A stretch of DNA of 64,000 bases from Parvularculaceae bacterium (GCA_034522715.1 JAXHLA010000001.1:20065-84064), one strand, 5' to 3'. Shown: positions 17,239 to 26,367, counted from the stretch's first letter. Translations and numbers: made by a program. Notes: generated by a model from the sequence alone, not told the origin.

Positions 17239-18117
17239 ATGGTTAAATGGCGCGGGCGCGAAGGCAGCCGCAATGTCGAGGATGGACGCGGCGCGGCGGC
17301 GGCCGGGCTTTCCGGGCTCGCGATTTTCATCTTGCGGTTTGTCTTCAGCCGCTGGGGCATCGGCGGCGTCGTCGTGCTCGTCGGCGGGTTCTTCGCGCTG
17401 CAGGCGGTGGGCATCAATCCGCTGGCGCTTTTGCAAGGCCAGCCGGCCGGCGAATATAAACCCTCGCCTGAAGATCAGGAGGCCTACGATTTCTCGTCCG
17501 TCGTCCTCAGGGAAACCGAATTAGTCTGGACCGATATTTTTGCGGAGCGAGGACAGCAATATCCGCCGCCGAAATTGCGAGTTTACACCGGTCAGGTGGA
17601 GACAGCATGCGGCACGGGATCGTCAGCGGCGGGGCCGTTCTATTGTCCGGGGGACCAGAAGGTTTATCTCGATACGGGTTTCTTCAACGAACTTCGCACG
17701 CGGTTCGGCGCGCCGGGCGACTTCGCGGCGGCCTATGTGATCGCGCATGAAGTCGGCCACCACATCCAGACGATCACCGGCGTTTCCGATCAGGTGCGCC
17801 AAGCCCAGTCGCGCGCAGGGCAAGCGCAAGCCAACGGCATCCAGGTGATGATGGAGCTGCAGGCCGATTGTTATGCTGGCCTCTGGGCGCACCGCGCGGA
17901 GCGCACGTCCGGCATTCTCGACGATGGCGACATCGAAGAAGGGCTCGCCGCCGCCGCCGCGATCGGCGACGACACGCTACAACGCAATGCGGGGCGCCGC
18001 GTGTCGAAGGAAAGCTTCACGCACGGCTCGTCCGAACAACGACAGCGCTGGTTCACGCAAGGTTTTCAAACTGGCGATGTCGCCTCGTGCGACACGTTTA
18101 ACGCCCGGGACCTATAA
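17239..18117 (+). CDS. Neutral zinc metallopeptidase (YpfJ family)
   Basis: MVKWRGREGSRNVEDGRG N-terminus plus a TM helix. AGPFYCPGDQKVYLD and the HEVGHH zinc motif. Confidence 0.85.
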   Translation: MVKWRGREGSRNVEDGRGAAAAGLSGLAIFILRFVFSRWGIGGVVVLVGGFFALQAVGINPLALLQGQPAGEYKPSPEDQEAYDFSSVVLRETELVWTDIFAERGQQYPPPKLRVYTGQVETACGTGSSAAGPFYCPGDQKVYLDTGFFNELRTRFGAPGDFAAAYVIAHEVGHHIQTITGVSDQVRQAQSRAGQAQANGIQVMMELQADCYAGLWAHRAERTSGILDDGDIEEGLAAAAAIGDDTLQRNAGRRVSKESFTHGSSEQRQRWFTQGFQTGDVASCDTFNARDL

Positions 18118-18185
18118 GGCGCGCCGGGCAAAGCAAAAATCTGCCAGCGGCGATCGGCTCAATATAATCCGTGATCGGATAATTT

Positions 18186-18593
18186 CTAATTCGCCAGCCG
18201 GCGCTCATGCGGGCTGTCGAGTGAAAACGCCGGGATCTCGACCTCGAAGGGTTCGCCCGTCACGGTCTCCATGCCGTAACGGCCGACCATGATGCCGGAA
18301 GGCGTCGTCAGCGGCGCGCCTGAGGTGTATTCATAGCCCTCGCCGGGACGGATCACCGGCGTTTCGCCGACAACGCCGACGCCTTTGACTTCCTCGGTCA
18401 GGCCCTTGGCGTTGGTGATGAGCCAGTGCCGCGTTTTCAGCCGCACGCTTTCTTCCGAGCCATTGTGAATGCGCACGGTGTAGGACCAGACGTAAAGTTC
18501 GTCCGACGGATCGGACTGCCGCTCCAGGAACGTCGGCTTCACGCTGATGCGGATGCCGTTCGTCGTGCGTTCGTATTTCGACTTGCTGACCAT
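18186..18593 (-). CDS. apaG: ApaG protein
   Basis: Typical ApaG sequence: YVWSYTVRIHNGSEESVRLKTRHWLITNAKG...GVVGETPVIRPGEGYEYTSG. Confidence 0.9.
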   Translation of the reverse strand: MVSKSKYERTTNGIRISVKPTFLERQSDPSDELYVWSYTVRIHNGSEESVRLKTRHWLITNAKGLTEEVKGVGVVGETPVIRPGEGYEYTSGAPLTTPSGIMVGRYGMETVTGEPFEVEIPAFSLDSPHERRLAN

Positions 18594-18756
18594 CGCCGGC
18601 TCCGCGACTTCACTTCAATGCTACCGTAGCGCGGGTCTGGGCTCTTGGCGAGACGGTATTCTGGGCGACCGATTCGCCAATTGCGGGCAGCCTTGACGCA
18701 ACCCCCGGGAGAGGGTTCACGCTTTAGGCCGCAGGATGCGGGAATGTGCGGCGACG

Positions 18757-19839
18757 ATGGGCGTCCTTAACGCGGATCAGATCAAGGCGGCGATCGACGA
18801 GGGCGCCATCGTGCTCGCTTCAACGCCCGCGCCTCGCCAGATTCAACCGGCCTCGATCGATCTGACGCTCGGCCGGCGTGGCTGGCGCGTGCGCGCCTCG
18901 TTTCTGCCGCCGCCGGGCGCGCGCGTCGCCGACAGGCTCGCGAGCGGCTTGATGATGCAGGCGATCGATCTTTCCGGCGGCGCGGTCCTTGAACGCGGCT
19001 GCGTTTATCTTGTCGAGTTAGGTGAACGCCTGTCGCTGCCCTCGGGCGTCGCTGCGAGCGCCAATCCGAAAAGCTCCACGGGGCGCATCGACGTGTTCGT
19101 TCGCCTCGTCGTCGATGCGAGCAGCGAGAATGCCGGGGGCCGGCGCGTCGCCTTCGACGACGTGCCGCCCGGTTATCAAGGGCCGCTCTACGCGGAGATC
19201 AGCCCACGGACGTTTTCCATCCTCGTACGCGAAGGATCGAGCCTCAACCAGTTGCGCCTCAAGACCGGCGCGCCGCGCCTCTCCGACACCGACCTCGCGG
19301 CGCTACATGCGCGCGAAGCGCTGATCGATGGTCCCGCTGATATCGATGGCGGCCTCGGACTGAGCGTCGATTTGCAACCCGCGACCGGCCCCGTCGGCTG
19401 GCGCGCGCGTCGACATGCGGCGCTGATCGATGTCGACGCGCCTGCCGCACTTGACGCAGACGATTATTTTGAGCCCCTCCCGCCGCCGCGTGCAGGCTTC
19501 ATCATTCTCGACCCGGACGAATTCTATATTCTTGCTTCGAGAGAGGCCCTGTCCGTGCCGCCCGACTACGCCGCCGAGATGACGCCGATATCGCCCGGGC
19601 TTGGCGAGTTTCGCGTCCATTACGCCGGTTTCTTTGATCCGGGCTTTGGTTGGAACGCGCCGAGCCGCGCGGTGCTCGAAGTCAGAAGCCATGATGCCGC
19701 CTTTGTTCTGGAGCACGGGCAGCTCGTCGCGCGTCTCGTCTACGAACGGATGGCGGCGCGCCCGTCCGCGCTCTATGGTGCAGGGGTCGCCTCGAACTAT
19801 CAGGGGCAGGGCCTCAAACTGTCGAAACACTTTCGTTGA
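18757..19839 (+). CDS. 2'-deoxycytidine 5'-triphosphate deaminase (long, two-domain alphaproteobacterial form)
   Basis: dCTP deaminase-like motifs (PASIDLTLG, NPKSSTGRIDVF, EFRVHYAGFFDPGFG). ATG 18757 preferred over 18736. Confidence 0.8.
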   Translation: MGVLNADQIKAAIDEGAIVLASTPAPRQIQPASIDLTLGRRGWRVRASFLPPPGARVADRLASGLMMQAIDLSGGAVLERGCVYLVELGERLSLPSGVAASANPKSSTGRIDVFVRLVVDASSENAGGRRVAFDDVPPGYQGPLYAEISPRTFSILVREGSSLNQLRLKTGAPRLSDTDLAALHAREALIDGPADIDGGLGLSVDLQPATGPVGWRARRHAALIDVDAPAALDADDYFEPLPPPRAGFIILDPDEFYILASREALSVPPDYAAEMTPISPGLGEFRVHYAGFFDPGFGWNAPSRAVLEVRSHDAAFVLEHGQLVARLVYERMAARPSALYGAGVASNYQGQGLKLSKHFR

Positions 19840-19841
19840 GT

Positions 19842-20225
19842 ATGCCGATGATCGAATTATTCGCCGCGCTGCTGTTGCAGGGAACCGCTGAAGCGGAGGC
19901 GCCCGCGCCGCGCCGTTTCGACCCCTACCTCCTTTGTGTTTGCCCGGATGTCGCGGGCGCCGAAGAAGTGCGCTTCACCGGTTACGCGACCGACGCGCAG
20001 ATGATTCTCGGTGAAGACGGGAAGAGCACGCTGCCCCGTCAGGCGACGATCTTCCGTCTTGAGAAGGGTCCGAAGGAACTGGCCTCGCCCGTCAAGGTCT
20101 GGCATTTCACCAAAGCGGAAAAATGCGGGCTCTCTTTCGCCTATGGCAAACGCTACGAGATTGTCGCGGTGAGGAAGGGCGACCAGATCGAAACAAACTG
20201 GTGCCTGATGGGCAAACCGCGGTAG
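19842..20225 (+). CDS. Small hypothetical protein with a CxC...CG...C pattern (TIMP/NTR-like?)
   Basis: Track start 19836 is TTG overlapping the dcd stop; ATG at 19842. Hydrophobic N-terminus, LLCVCPD, KCGLSFAYGKRYEIVAV, NWCLMG. Confidence 0.45.
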   Translation: MPMIELFAALLLQGTAEAEAPAPRRFDPYLLCVCPDVAGAEEVRFTGYATDAQMILGEDGKSTLPRQATIFRLEKGPKELASPVKVWHFTKAEKCGLSFAYGKRYEIVAVRKGDQIETNWCLMGKPR

Positions 20226-20255
20226 CGCGCATCAAGCAATTTGCGATGTCGAACG

Positions 20256-20906
20256 TCATCGCCTCAAGAAAATGACGCTCAAATTATTGGCGGGCATTTT
20301 CAGGACGGTCTCCAGCGACAGGCCCTCTTTCCCTGCGAGCGGCGCGATATCTTGGTCCAGATCGCGCACGCCCCAGCGCGGGTCCCGCGCCTTGAGCGAA
20401 GCGTCGAAGGCCTCATTCGATGGCGCGGTGTGCGCGCCGCCTTGCGAGAACGGTCCATAAAGGAAGAGCTTACCGCCCGGCCGCAGGAGACGTCCGGCGC
20501 CCGCGATCAAACCCTTGGCCGCCTCGAAGGGCGCAATGTGGATCATGTTGATTGAGACGATGCCGTCGATCGCGCCAAGCCCGGCATCCCAATCCTTCGT
20601 CGTCACATCGACCGGGTGTGGCGCAGCAACATTCGCCAGCCCGCAATGCTCCGTCCACGCGGCAATCGAGGCGCGCGAGGCGGCGTCGGGGTCGCCGGGC
20701 AGCCAGCGCAAACCGGGCGCCGCCGCTGCGATGTGAACCGCATGCTCGCCAGTGCCCGAACCGATCTCCAGGATGACGCCAGCTTGCGGCATCGTTTGCA
20801 GGAACGCCGCGCGGATGGCATCGCGGTTGCGCGCGGCGGACGGCGAAAACAGGCGGCGCTCCTCGCGGCCGCGTTCTTCAAGTGCGATTTCCTTGTTCCC
20901 GCTCAC
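20256..20906 (-). CDS. DUF938 (METTL26-like) class I SAM-dependent methyltransferase
   Basis: ILEIGSGTGEH SAM motif. YGPF...SNEAFDASLKARDPRWGVRD, typical of DUF938. GTG 20906 overlaps the upstream gene's TGA (GTGA); the longer track ORF extends to 20948. Confidence 0.75.
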   Translation of the reverse strand: MSGNKEIALEERGREERRLFSPSAARNRDAIRAAFLQTMPQAGVILEIGSGTGEHAVHIAAAAPGLRWLPGDPDAASRASIAAWTEHCGLANVAAPHPVDVTTKDWDAGLGAIDGIVSINMIHIAPFEAAKGLIAGAGRLLRPGGKLFLYGPFSQGGAHTAPSNEAFDASLKARDPRWGVRDLDQDIAPLAGKEGLSLETVLKMPANNLSVIFLRR

Positions 20907-21838
20907 GCCGAACAGCTGGCGCCGCCAAGAACGCAGAAGCGTGAGCAATGCGGGTGGTTGAGGCGAACCGGGCGTGCGGCGTCGGCCAGCGTCCCGCCTA
21001 ATTCAAATTGACGGTCATCGACAATCAGCGTGCAGGCGACAACCGCGGGCGCCTCGCCCTTGCGCTTGATGATCATGCGCGAGGACGCGCACATGATGCT
21101 TTCGGGGGCCTTCTTCAGGATGCCCCAGCAGGCTTCGGTGATTTCCGGCGTGTCGAGCGCCGCGTCCATTTCCGGGAACAGGACGAGCGCAGAAGGGTCA
21201 TGGGCGTCGACTGCGATCTCATTCTGTGCGAACAGCGCCGCGTACGCTGCGCGCGTATCGTCGAAGCTTTCGCCCCAGCGCATGCGGCCGGCAACGGCAA
21301 GCCGGGCGCCGTCGCCCGATAAAGCGCGCAAGCCCTCAACCGCGATCGCGAAAGCGCCCGCCCCGCGCTCCTCGTCATGATGCAAGGCAGTATGGTGGTC
21401 GAGGCTCACTCGCAAGGTGAGTTTGTCGCCGTAGGTTCTGATCAGCCCCCGCATCGGGCCGCGTACCGCGGGCCGCATCGCTGGCCGCATGGCGTTGGTG
21501 AGAATCAGAACGGAGAACCCGGCGGCGAGCGCGTCTTCCGCCATGCCCGCCATATCAGGATTCATGAACGGTTCGCCGCCGGTGAAGCCGATTTCCTCGG
21601 CGTTCATGCTGCGGGCTTCGGCAAGAAACGGGCGGAGGTCCGCGCGCGTCAGATAGCCAAGACGATCGTTCGTGGGCGAACTGTCGATGTAGCAACTGAC
21701 GCATTCAATATTGCAGAGTGTGCCTGTATTGACCCACAGCGTCTTCAAGCCAGTGAAGGGAACGCTCGCGCGCGGCGCGCCGTCCCGCGTCGTCAACGGG
21801 TCGATGAACTTTCCGGGGGCGAGCGGCGGCGCAAGCAT
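20903..21838 (-). CDS. Radical SAM protein with a Cys-rich C-terminal domain
   Basis: CNIECVSCY (CxxxCxxC) cluster motif, GGEPF. C-terminal Cys-rich tail (CWG...MCASS...ACT...HPHCSRFCVLGGASC). ATG 21838 preferred over TTG 21853. Confidence 0.8.
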   Translation of the reverse strand: MLAPPLAPGKFIDPLTTRDGAPRASVPFTGLKTLWVNTGTLCNIECVSCYIDSSPTNDRLGYLTRADLRPFLAEARSMNAEEIGFTGGEPFMNPDMAGMAEDALAAGFSVLILTNAMRPAMRPAVRGPMRGLIRTYGDKLTLRVSLDHHTALHHDEERGAGAFAIAVEGLRALSGDGARLAVAGRMRWGESFDDTRAAYAALFAQNEIAVDAHDPSALVLFPEMDAALDTPEITEACWGILKKAPESIMCASSRMIIKRKGEAPAVVACTLIVDDRQFELGGTLADAARPVRLNHPHCSRFCVLGGASCSA

Positions 21839-21928
21839 AGAGGTCCTGAGCAAAGTCCGGCCGCACCAGAGGCAAAAACGCCCGCCGGCGCAAGCGCGGG
21901 CGGGCGTTCAATCGCGATCAAAGTCGCG

Positions 21929-22780
21929 TTACTCGTTTTTGCCGATCGGCGCGCCCCAGACGGCGTCGTCTTCATAGTCTGGAGCCGGCGGCAAGGATGG
22001 GTTGGCGTTCGGCGCGGGCTGGATCGGCGGCAGCGCTTGCGGCGCGTAAGGATCGCTCGGCGTCAAGGGCGCCGGCGCCACGGGCGCAAGCGTCGCCGGC
22101 GTGTCGCGATTGGCGAGGCGCCAAGCGGCGTTTTGCAGGTTCGCTGAGGCCGGATTGTAGACGTCGCCGCGAAACACGATTTCTCCTGGCGAAACGTCGG
22201 CGTTGTAATAGTCCCTGTTGAAGTTTTTGCGCGTCTTGACGATCGCGCCCTCAAGGCTCAGCCCGCCATAAAGACCGCGGGACCGCGAAAACGCGAGAAT
22301 GTCCGTGGTCTGAGCTTTCGCCCCGGCGCCGATCGGACCCGCGGCGATCGAGGCGTCCGCACCGAGCTTGAACGAGGTCGAGAGCAGATGCTCCATACCG
22401 CGCTGGGTCATAACGAGGAGGACGATCTCGGAAAACTCAGCGCCGGCCTGAAAGCCGAACGAGGCCGAGCCGATCGTGTAGAACGACGGTTGCGACCAGG
22501 TGTTGTCCTTGTTGCGGGCGATCATCACCGCATTGCCGCCGGAGCCGCCAAAAACAAAGCCAGCCCGGATTGAGCGCGGCACGATAACGATCGCCTTGGC
22601 GCTTTCGGCAAGGCCCCACATCGGCTCAAAGGCGCTGTCGGCGCTGAAATAGCTCAGCGTTTCGGCGGCGCTGTCGACAAGATCAATCGCATTGTCGCGC
22701 TTGTCGGCGGCGGCGGGTTGAATGCCGAGCGCCGCAACCGCTGCAAAGACGAGCCCGATCCTCTTGATCCAGTAAAGCAT
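21929..22780 (-). CDS. SYLF (Ysc84/DUF500) lipid-binding domain protein with a Pro-rich C-terminal tail
   Basis: AGGAG RBS before ATG 22780. Signal peptide. GGSGGNAVMIA...FGFQAGAE...LGADASIAAGP...GLYGGLSLEG. Confidence 0.8.
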   Translation of the reverse strand: MLYWIKRIGLVFAAVAALGIQPAAADKRDNAIDLVDSAAETLSYFSADSAFEPMWGLAESAKAIVIVPRSIRAGFVFGGSGGNAVMIARNKDNTWSQPSFYTIGSASFGFQAGAEFSEIVLLVMTQRGMEHLLSTSFKLGADASIAAGPIGAGAKAQTTDILAFSRSRGLYGGLSLEGAIVKTRKNFNRDYYNADVSPGEIVFRGDVYNPASANLQNAAWRLANRDTPATLAPVAPAPLTPSDPYAPQALPPIQPAPNANPSLPPAPDYEDDAVWGAPIGKNE

Positions 22781-22990
22781 GCTGAACTCCTTTCGCGGCG
22801 CCCGTCGCGGCCCCCGCATCGCTTCGAGCCCTCGTGCCGCGAAAATCCGGCGATGCGGGGGCGATCCAATCAACTTTTGGCGAGGTTCGCGGCCCCAGTC
22901 GAGCGTTTCGGTCCTCAAATTTTCTACACCGGCGACCTTCGAGGCCCGCCTTGACAGAAAACCGCGCCGGGTCTCAGAGATTCTACAAGC

Positions 22991-23064
22991 GCGGGCATGA
23001 TGTAGTGGTAGCCTGTCAGCTTCCCAAGCTGATCGTGCGGGTTCGATTCCCGCTGCCCGCTCCA
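22991..23064 (+). tRNA. tRNA-Gly (anticodon CCC)
   Basis: Acceptor GCGGGCA/TGCCCGC. Anticodon stem TCAGC/GCTGA with loop TTCCCAA. T-arm GGTTCGATTCC. CCA is encoded. Confidence 0.93.
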
Positions 23065-23077
23065 GCCTCAGGCAGTC

Positions 23078-23707
23078 TTACTGGCCTTCAGTCGGGGCCA
23101 CCGTTTCCGGCGCAGAGGCTTCGGCGCCGGCTCCTTCCGTCGGAGACGCTGCGGCGGCCGGAGTCGGAAGAGGCAGCGGCGCGTCCGAGAGCGTGTTGAG
23201 ATAGGCGATGATCTGCGCGCGGTGTTCAGGGTTCGGAAATTTCTGGATCATCGCCGTGCCTGGCATGAAGGCCTGTGAATTCTCGATATAGGCGCCAAGG
23301 CGCTCGAAATCCCAAATGCCGCCGGCTGTTTTCAGCGCGCTCGAGTAATTGAAACCGGGGACGCTGGCGATCGCGCGCCCGACAACGCCATAAAGGTTCG
23401 GTCCCGTGCCGTTCGCGCCGCCCTTGTCGAAAGTGTGGCAGGATTTGCAGAGCGCCGCTTTGCGCGCGCCGCCAGCCGTATCGGCGGCGGCGAGCAAGGT
23501 CGCGAAATCGATCGCCGGGCCTTCTTCCGCTGTTGCGCTCTCGGTCACGAAAGCAACCGGATATTGCGGGAATGGGTGGCCCTCGGCCTCGTGGCCGCCA
23601 TGGTGGCCGCCGCGCAGCGCCGCCGCGATTTGCGGCAACCCAAAAAAGATCAGCAGCGCGGAAAGGGAAGCGCCAGCAACTTTATTGAAGAACAGTGGGT
23701 CGTTCAT
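23078..23707 (-). CDS. Membrane-anchored class I cytochrome c (CycM-like)
   Basis: N-terminal TM anchor, heme motif CKSCH, distal PGTAM ligand region. Ala/Pro-rich C-terminal tail. Confidence 0.85.
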   Translation of the reverse strand: MNDPLFFNKVAGASLSALLIFFGLPQIAAALRGGHHGGHEAEGHPFPQYPVAFVTESATAEEGPAIDFATLLAAADTAGGARKAALCKSCHTFDKGGANGTGPNLYGVVGRAIASVPGFNYSSALKTAGGIWDFERLGAYIENSQAFMPGTAMIQKFPNPEHRAQIIAYLNTLSDAPLPLPTPAAAASPTEGAGAEASAPETVAPTEGQ

Positions 23708-23875
23708 GGGTGGGCCCTAAGACACAGCGAGTTTGGCGGCTTGTAACGGCGCCTCCGGCAGGGTGCAACACGGCCGCCCGGAAGGTCAGCGCGGCCGAAC
23801 CGCGCGGCGCCTTGGCTTGCCGCGGCGGCGCCAATCCGGCATGCACCCGGCCCGAACGGGCAAGTGAGGGCGAAG

Positions 23876-24709
23876 ATGGCCAAGAATGGCAAGGTGGTGT
23901 TCCAGGGCGAGCCTGGCGCCTACTCGCACCTCGCCTGCGAGATTTTCGCGCCTGATTTCGAACCGGTTCCCTGTCCGACTTTCGAGGCGGCGCTCGCGGC
24001 GGTGCGTGAGGGCCGAGCCGAACGGGCCATGCTGCCGGTCGAGAACTCGCTCGCGGGCCGCGTCGCCGACATTCATCATCTGCTTCCGGAATCGGACCTC
24101 AATATTGTCGGTGAACATTTCTTCGCGATCCGCCACCAGCTTCTGGGGCTGAAAGGCGCGAAGCTTTCGGACATCAGCGTCGTCAAGAGTCACGCAATGG
24201 CGCTCGGACAGGTTCGCTCGTTGCTCGCGCGGCCCGGCATTCGCGCCGAGATCGCTGGCGACACGGCGGGCGCGGCGCGTGCGCTGAGTGAAGGCGGCAA
24301 GCCACACGAGGCGGTCGTGGCTTCAGCGAAAGCGGCGGAGCTTTACGGGCTCGATATTCTTGAGGCGAATGTCGAAGACGCTGGTCACAACACGACGCGC
24401 TTTCTCGTGATGTCGAAGGAGCCGATTGATCCGCCGCGAACAGGGCTAATCGTCACGACTTTTGTCTTTCAGGTCCGGAATATTCCCGCCGCGCTCTACA
24501 AGGCGCTTGGCGGCTTCGCGACGAATGGCGTCAACATGACGAAGCTTGAAAGCTACATGCAAGGCGGGTCGTTCGCGGCGACGCTTTTCTACGCCGACAT
24601 TGAAGGGCACCCCGACGACGACAATGTGCGCCTCGCGCTAGAGGAGCTTTCATTCTTTTCGTCGCGCTTCAAGCTCCTGGGCGTCTACCCCGCAGCGCGG
24701 GCGCGCTAG
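23876..24709 (+). CDS. pheA: Prephenate dehydratase
   Basis: VVFQGEPGAYSH start of the PDT domain, TRF motif, C-terminal ACT domain. GAGGG RBS before ATG 23876. Confidence 0.9.
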   Translation: MAKNGKVVFQGEPGAYSHLACEIFAPDFEPVPCPTFEAALAAVREGRAERAMLPVENSLAGRVADIHHLLPESDLNIVGEHFFAIRHQLLGLKGAKLSDISVVKSHAMALGQVRSLLARPGIRAEIAGDTAGAARALSEGGKPHEAVVASAKAAELYGLDILEANVEDAGHNTTRFLVMSKEPIDPPRTGLIVTTFVFQVRNIPAALYKALGGFATNGVNMTKLESYMQGGSFAATLFYADIEGHPDDDNVRLALEELSFFSSRFKLLGVYPAARAR

Positions 24710-25626
24710 CCCCCCGCCCAGCGCTCGATCAGCCTTCTGGCGATCGTGAAGCGCGGCGGCAGGCGCAAGTCCTCCCGCTTTTCACCGTCAATGAGCTTGC
24801 GAACGACATCGCGCTCGACCCAGCGCGCTTCCTCAATCTCCTTGGAGTCGAGGGTCAGCGCGCGGTCCTTCGCGTCGGCGATGAAGCCCATCATCAGCGA
24901 GGACGGGAACGGCCAAGGCTGCGAGAACTGGTAACGGACGTTGTCGATGACGACGCCTGCCTCCTCGCGGAGTTCCCGGATCGCGCATGCTTCCGGCGTC
25001 TCGCATGCCTCGACAAATCCCGCGAGCGCGGACAGGAAGCCCGGCGGGAAATGCGGCCCGCGCCCGAGGAGACAAGCATCCTCGTGCGTGGCAAGCACGA
25101 TCGCTACAGGGTCGGATCTCGGGAAGTGTTCGGTGCTGCAAGCCGCGCACTGGCGTTTGGCGCCGCCGTCTTTCATCTCGGTCGGCGCGCCGCACATCGC
25201 GCAATGGGGATGGCGCCGGTGCCAGTCGATCAGCCAGCGCGCTTCGCCGACAATCGCAAGTTCATCCGGCGGCAGAAGCGCCGCCGCTTCGCGCAAGGGC
25301 GTATACGCGCCCAGATCGGCAAAGGGCGCTGCATCTGCTGACGGCGCGGATGAAACGTCGATTGCAAAGTGAGCCGCCGTTCCGGAAAGTCCGAGAAAGA
25401 TTATCTTCGTGTCCGCTGGAAAGGCGCCGAGCGCGTTGGCGCCGAGAAATGCGACACGCTCGCCGCGCACGAGAGGATCGCCGCGCCAAAGTGGTGCAAT
25501 CAACGTCGAGGTCTCGGCAAGCCGAGCGGCGATCCATTGCGGGTCAGCGCGATGATCCGACGCCCGGTCCAAGGGTTCGTGGGAAAACAGGCAGCATTCG
25601 GGAAAGACCTCCGCGCCCGGCTTCAT
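24706..25626 (-). CDS. nudC: NAD(+) diphosphatase (NADH pyrophosphatase, Nudix)
   Basis: Zinc ribbon CAMCGAPT...CAAC followed by a Nudix box (GFVEACETPEACAIRELREEAGV). Confidence 0.88.
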   Translation of the reverse strand: MKPGAEVFPECCLFSHEPLDRASDHRADPQWIAARLAETSTLIAPLWRGDPLVRGERVAFLGANALGAFPADTKIIFLGLSGTAAHFAIDVSSAPSADAAPFADLGAYTPLREAAALLPPDELAIVGEARWLIDWHRRHPHCAMCGAPTEMKDGGAKRQCAACSTEHFPRSDPVAIVLATHEDACLLGRGPHFPPGFLSALAGFVEACETPEACAIRELREEAGVVIDNVRYQFSQPWPFPSSLMMGFIADAKDRALTLDSKEIEEARWVERDVVRKLIDGEKREDLRLPPRFTIARRLIERWAGG

Positions 25627-25630
25627 CTCG

Positions 25631-25798
25631 TCAGCCTCCGATAGCCTTGCAGTCCGAGAAAAATTTGGCCTGCATGCAATGCTGCTCCTGCAAGCGTCGC
25701 ATGCATATCAGGCAACCGAGGCGGCCGAAGCAATGCCAACGATCCCCGTCTAGAATCTTTTTCGCGATATTGATCGCGGACGAGCCCCAGCCTCGCAT
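25631..25798 (-). CDS. Candidate 55-aa Cys/His-rich small protein directly upstream of nudC (below the ORF-track length cutoff)
   Basis: My own translation: MRGWGSSAINIAKKILDGDRWHCFGRLGCLICMRRLQEQHCMQAKFFSDCKAIGG. The stop lies 2 nt before the nudC ATG. Moderately high GC3 by eye. Confidence 0.25.
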   Translation of the reverse strand: MRGWGSSAINIAKKILDGDRWHCFGRLGCLICMRRLQEQHCMQAKFFSDCKAIGG

Positions 25799-25887
25799 CG
25801 CAGGAGCCTCTGGCTGTTCCGCCCAGACCGTTGGTTACAGAAGACGGCGGCGTCAGGGGCCGAGCCGCGCGCGCCGAGCCCCTTCGA

Positions 25888-26367
25888 TCAGGCCCGTATG
25901 GCTTTCAAGCTGTCGCGCCGCAAGAAAACGATCACGACCGCCAGCACCCAGCTGACACAAGCCGCATAAAACAGAGCTTCGGAGAACTTCACCGGTTCGC
26001 CATTCACCCATTCTGTCGGTGTCGCCGTCCCGAGCGGCGTAAACAAGTGAAAGACGATAGCGCCGGACATGATGGCGAGGGCGACGAGCGCGCCGCCGAG
26101 TTGCGATAAATCCGCCAGCGGGCGCTTCTTTGCGGCGATCAGGAAAAGCGGCAACGCGAGCAACAAGACCGAGGACAGCAGTTCGCCAAGACCGATGATC
26201 CAGGGACCAGCCGGGTAAAAGAGATCGATGCCCGACCACTCCTTCAGCGTTTCGAAGATATGCCGCGGCGTTGGATGCCCGGTGAATTTGAAACGCAGCG
26301 AGTCGATAAAAATCGCCGAAATGAAAGCCGCCCCTGCCCAGGGGACCAGTCGGATGATCGTCTGCAT
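25888..26367 (-). CDS. DoxX-like small membrane protein
   Basis: Four hydrophobic helices. GGGAGA RBS before ATG 26367. The overlapping 215-aa ORF in another frame is Arg-rich junk. Confidence 0.55.
   Translation of the reverse strand: MQTIIRLVPWAGAAFISAIFIDSLRFKFTGHPTPRHIFETLKEWSGIDLFYPAGPWIIGLGELLSSVLLLALPLFLIAAKKRPLADLSQLGGALVALAIMSGAIVFHLFTPLGTATPTEWVNGEPVKFSEALFYAACVSWVLAVVIVFLRRDSLKAIRA

Noticed and set aside
20903-21838. Selenocysteine recoding in the radical SAM/Cys-rich gene (some members of such families are selenoproteins).
   Set aside because: The ORF is uninterrupted, with Cys at the Cys-rich positions. No in-frame TGA is needed to obtain a full-length product.
22991-23064. Genomic island or prophage integrated at tRNA-Gly.
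   Set aside because: The flanking genes (SYLF protein, CycM-like cytochrome, pheA) have native-looking composition. There is no integrase and no direct repeat of the tRNA 3' end.
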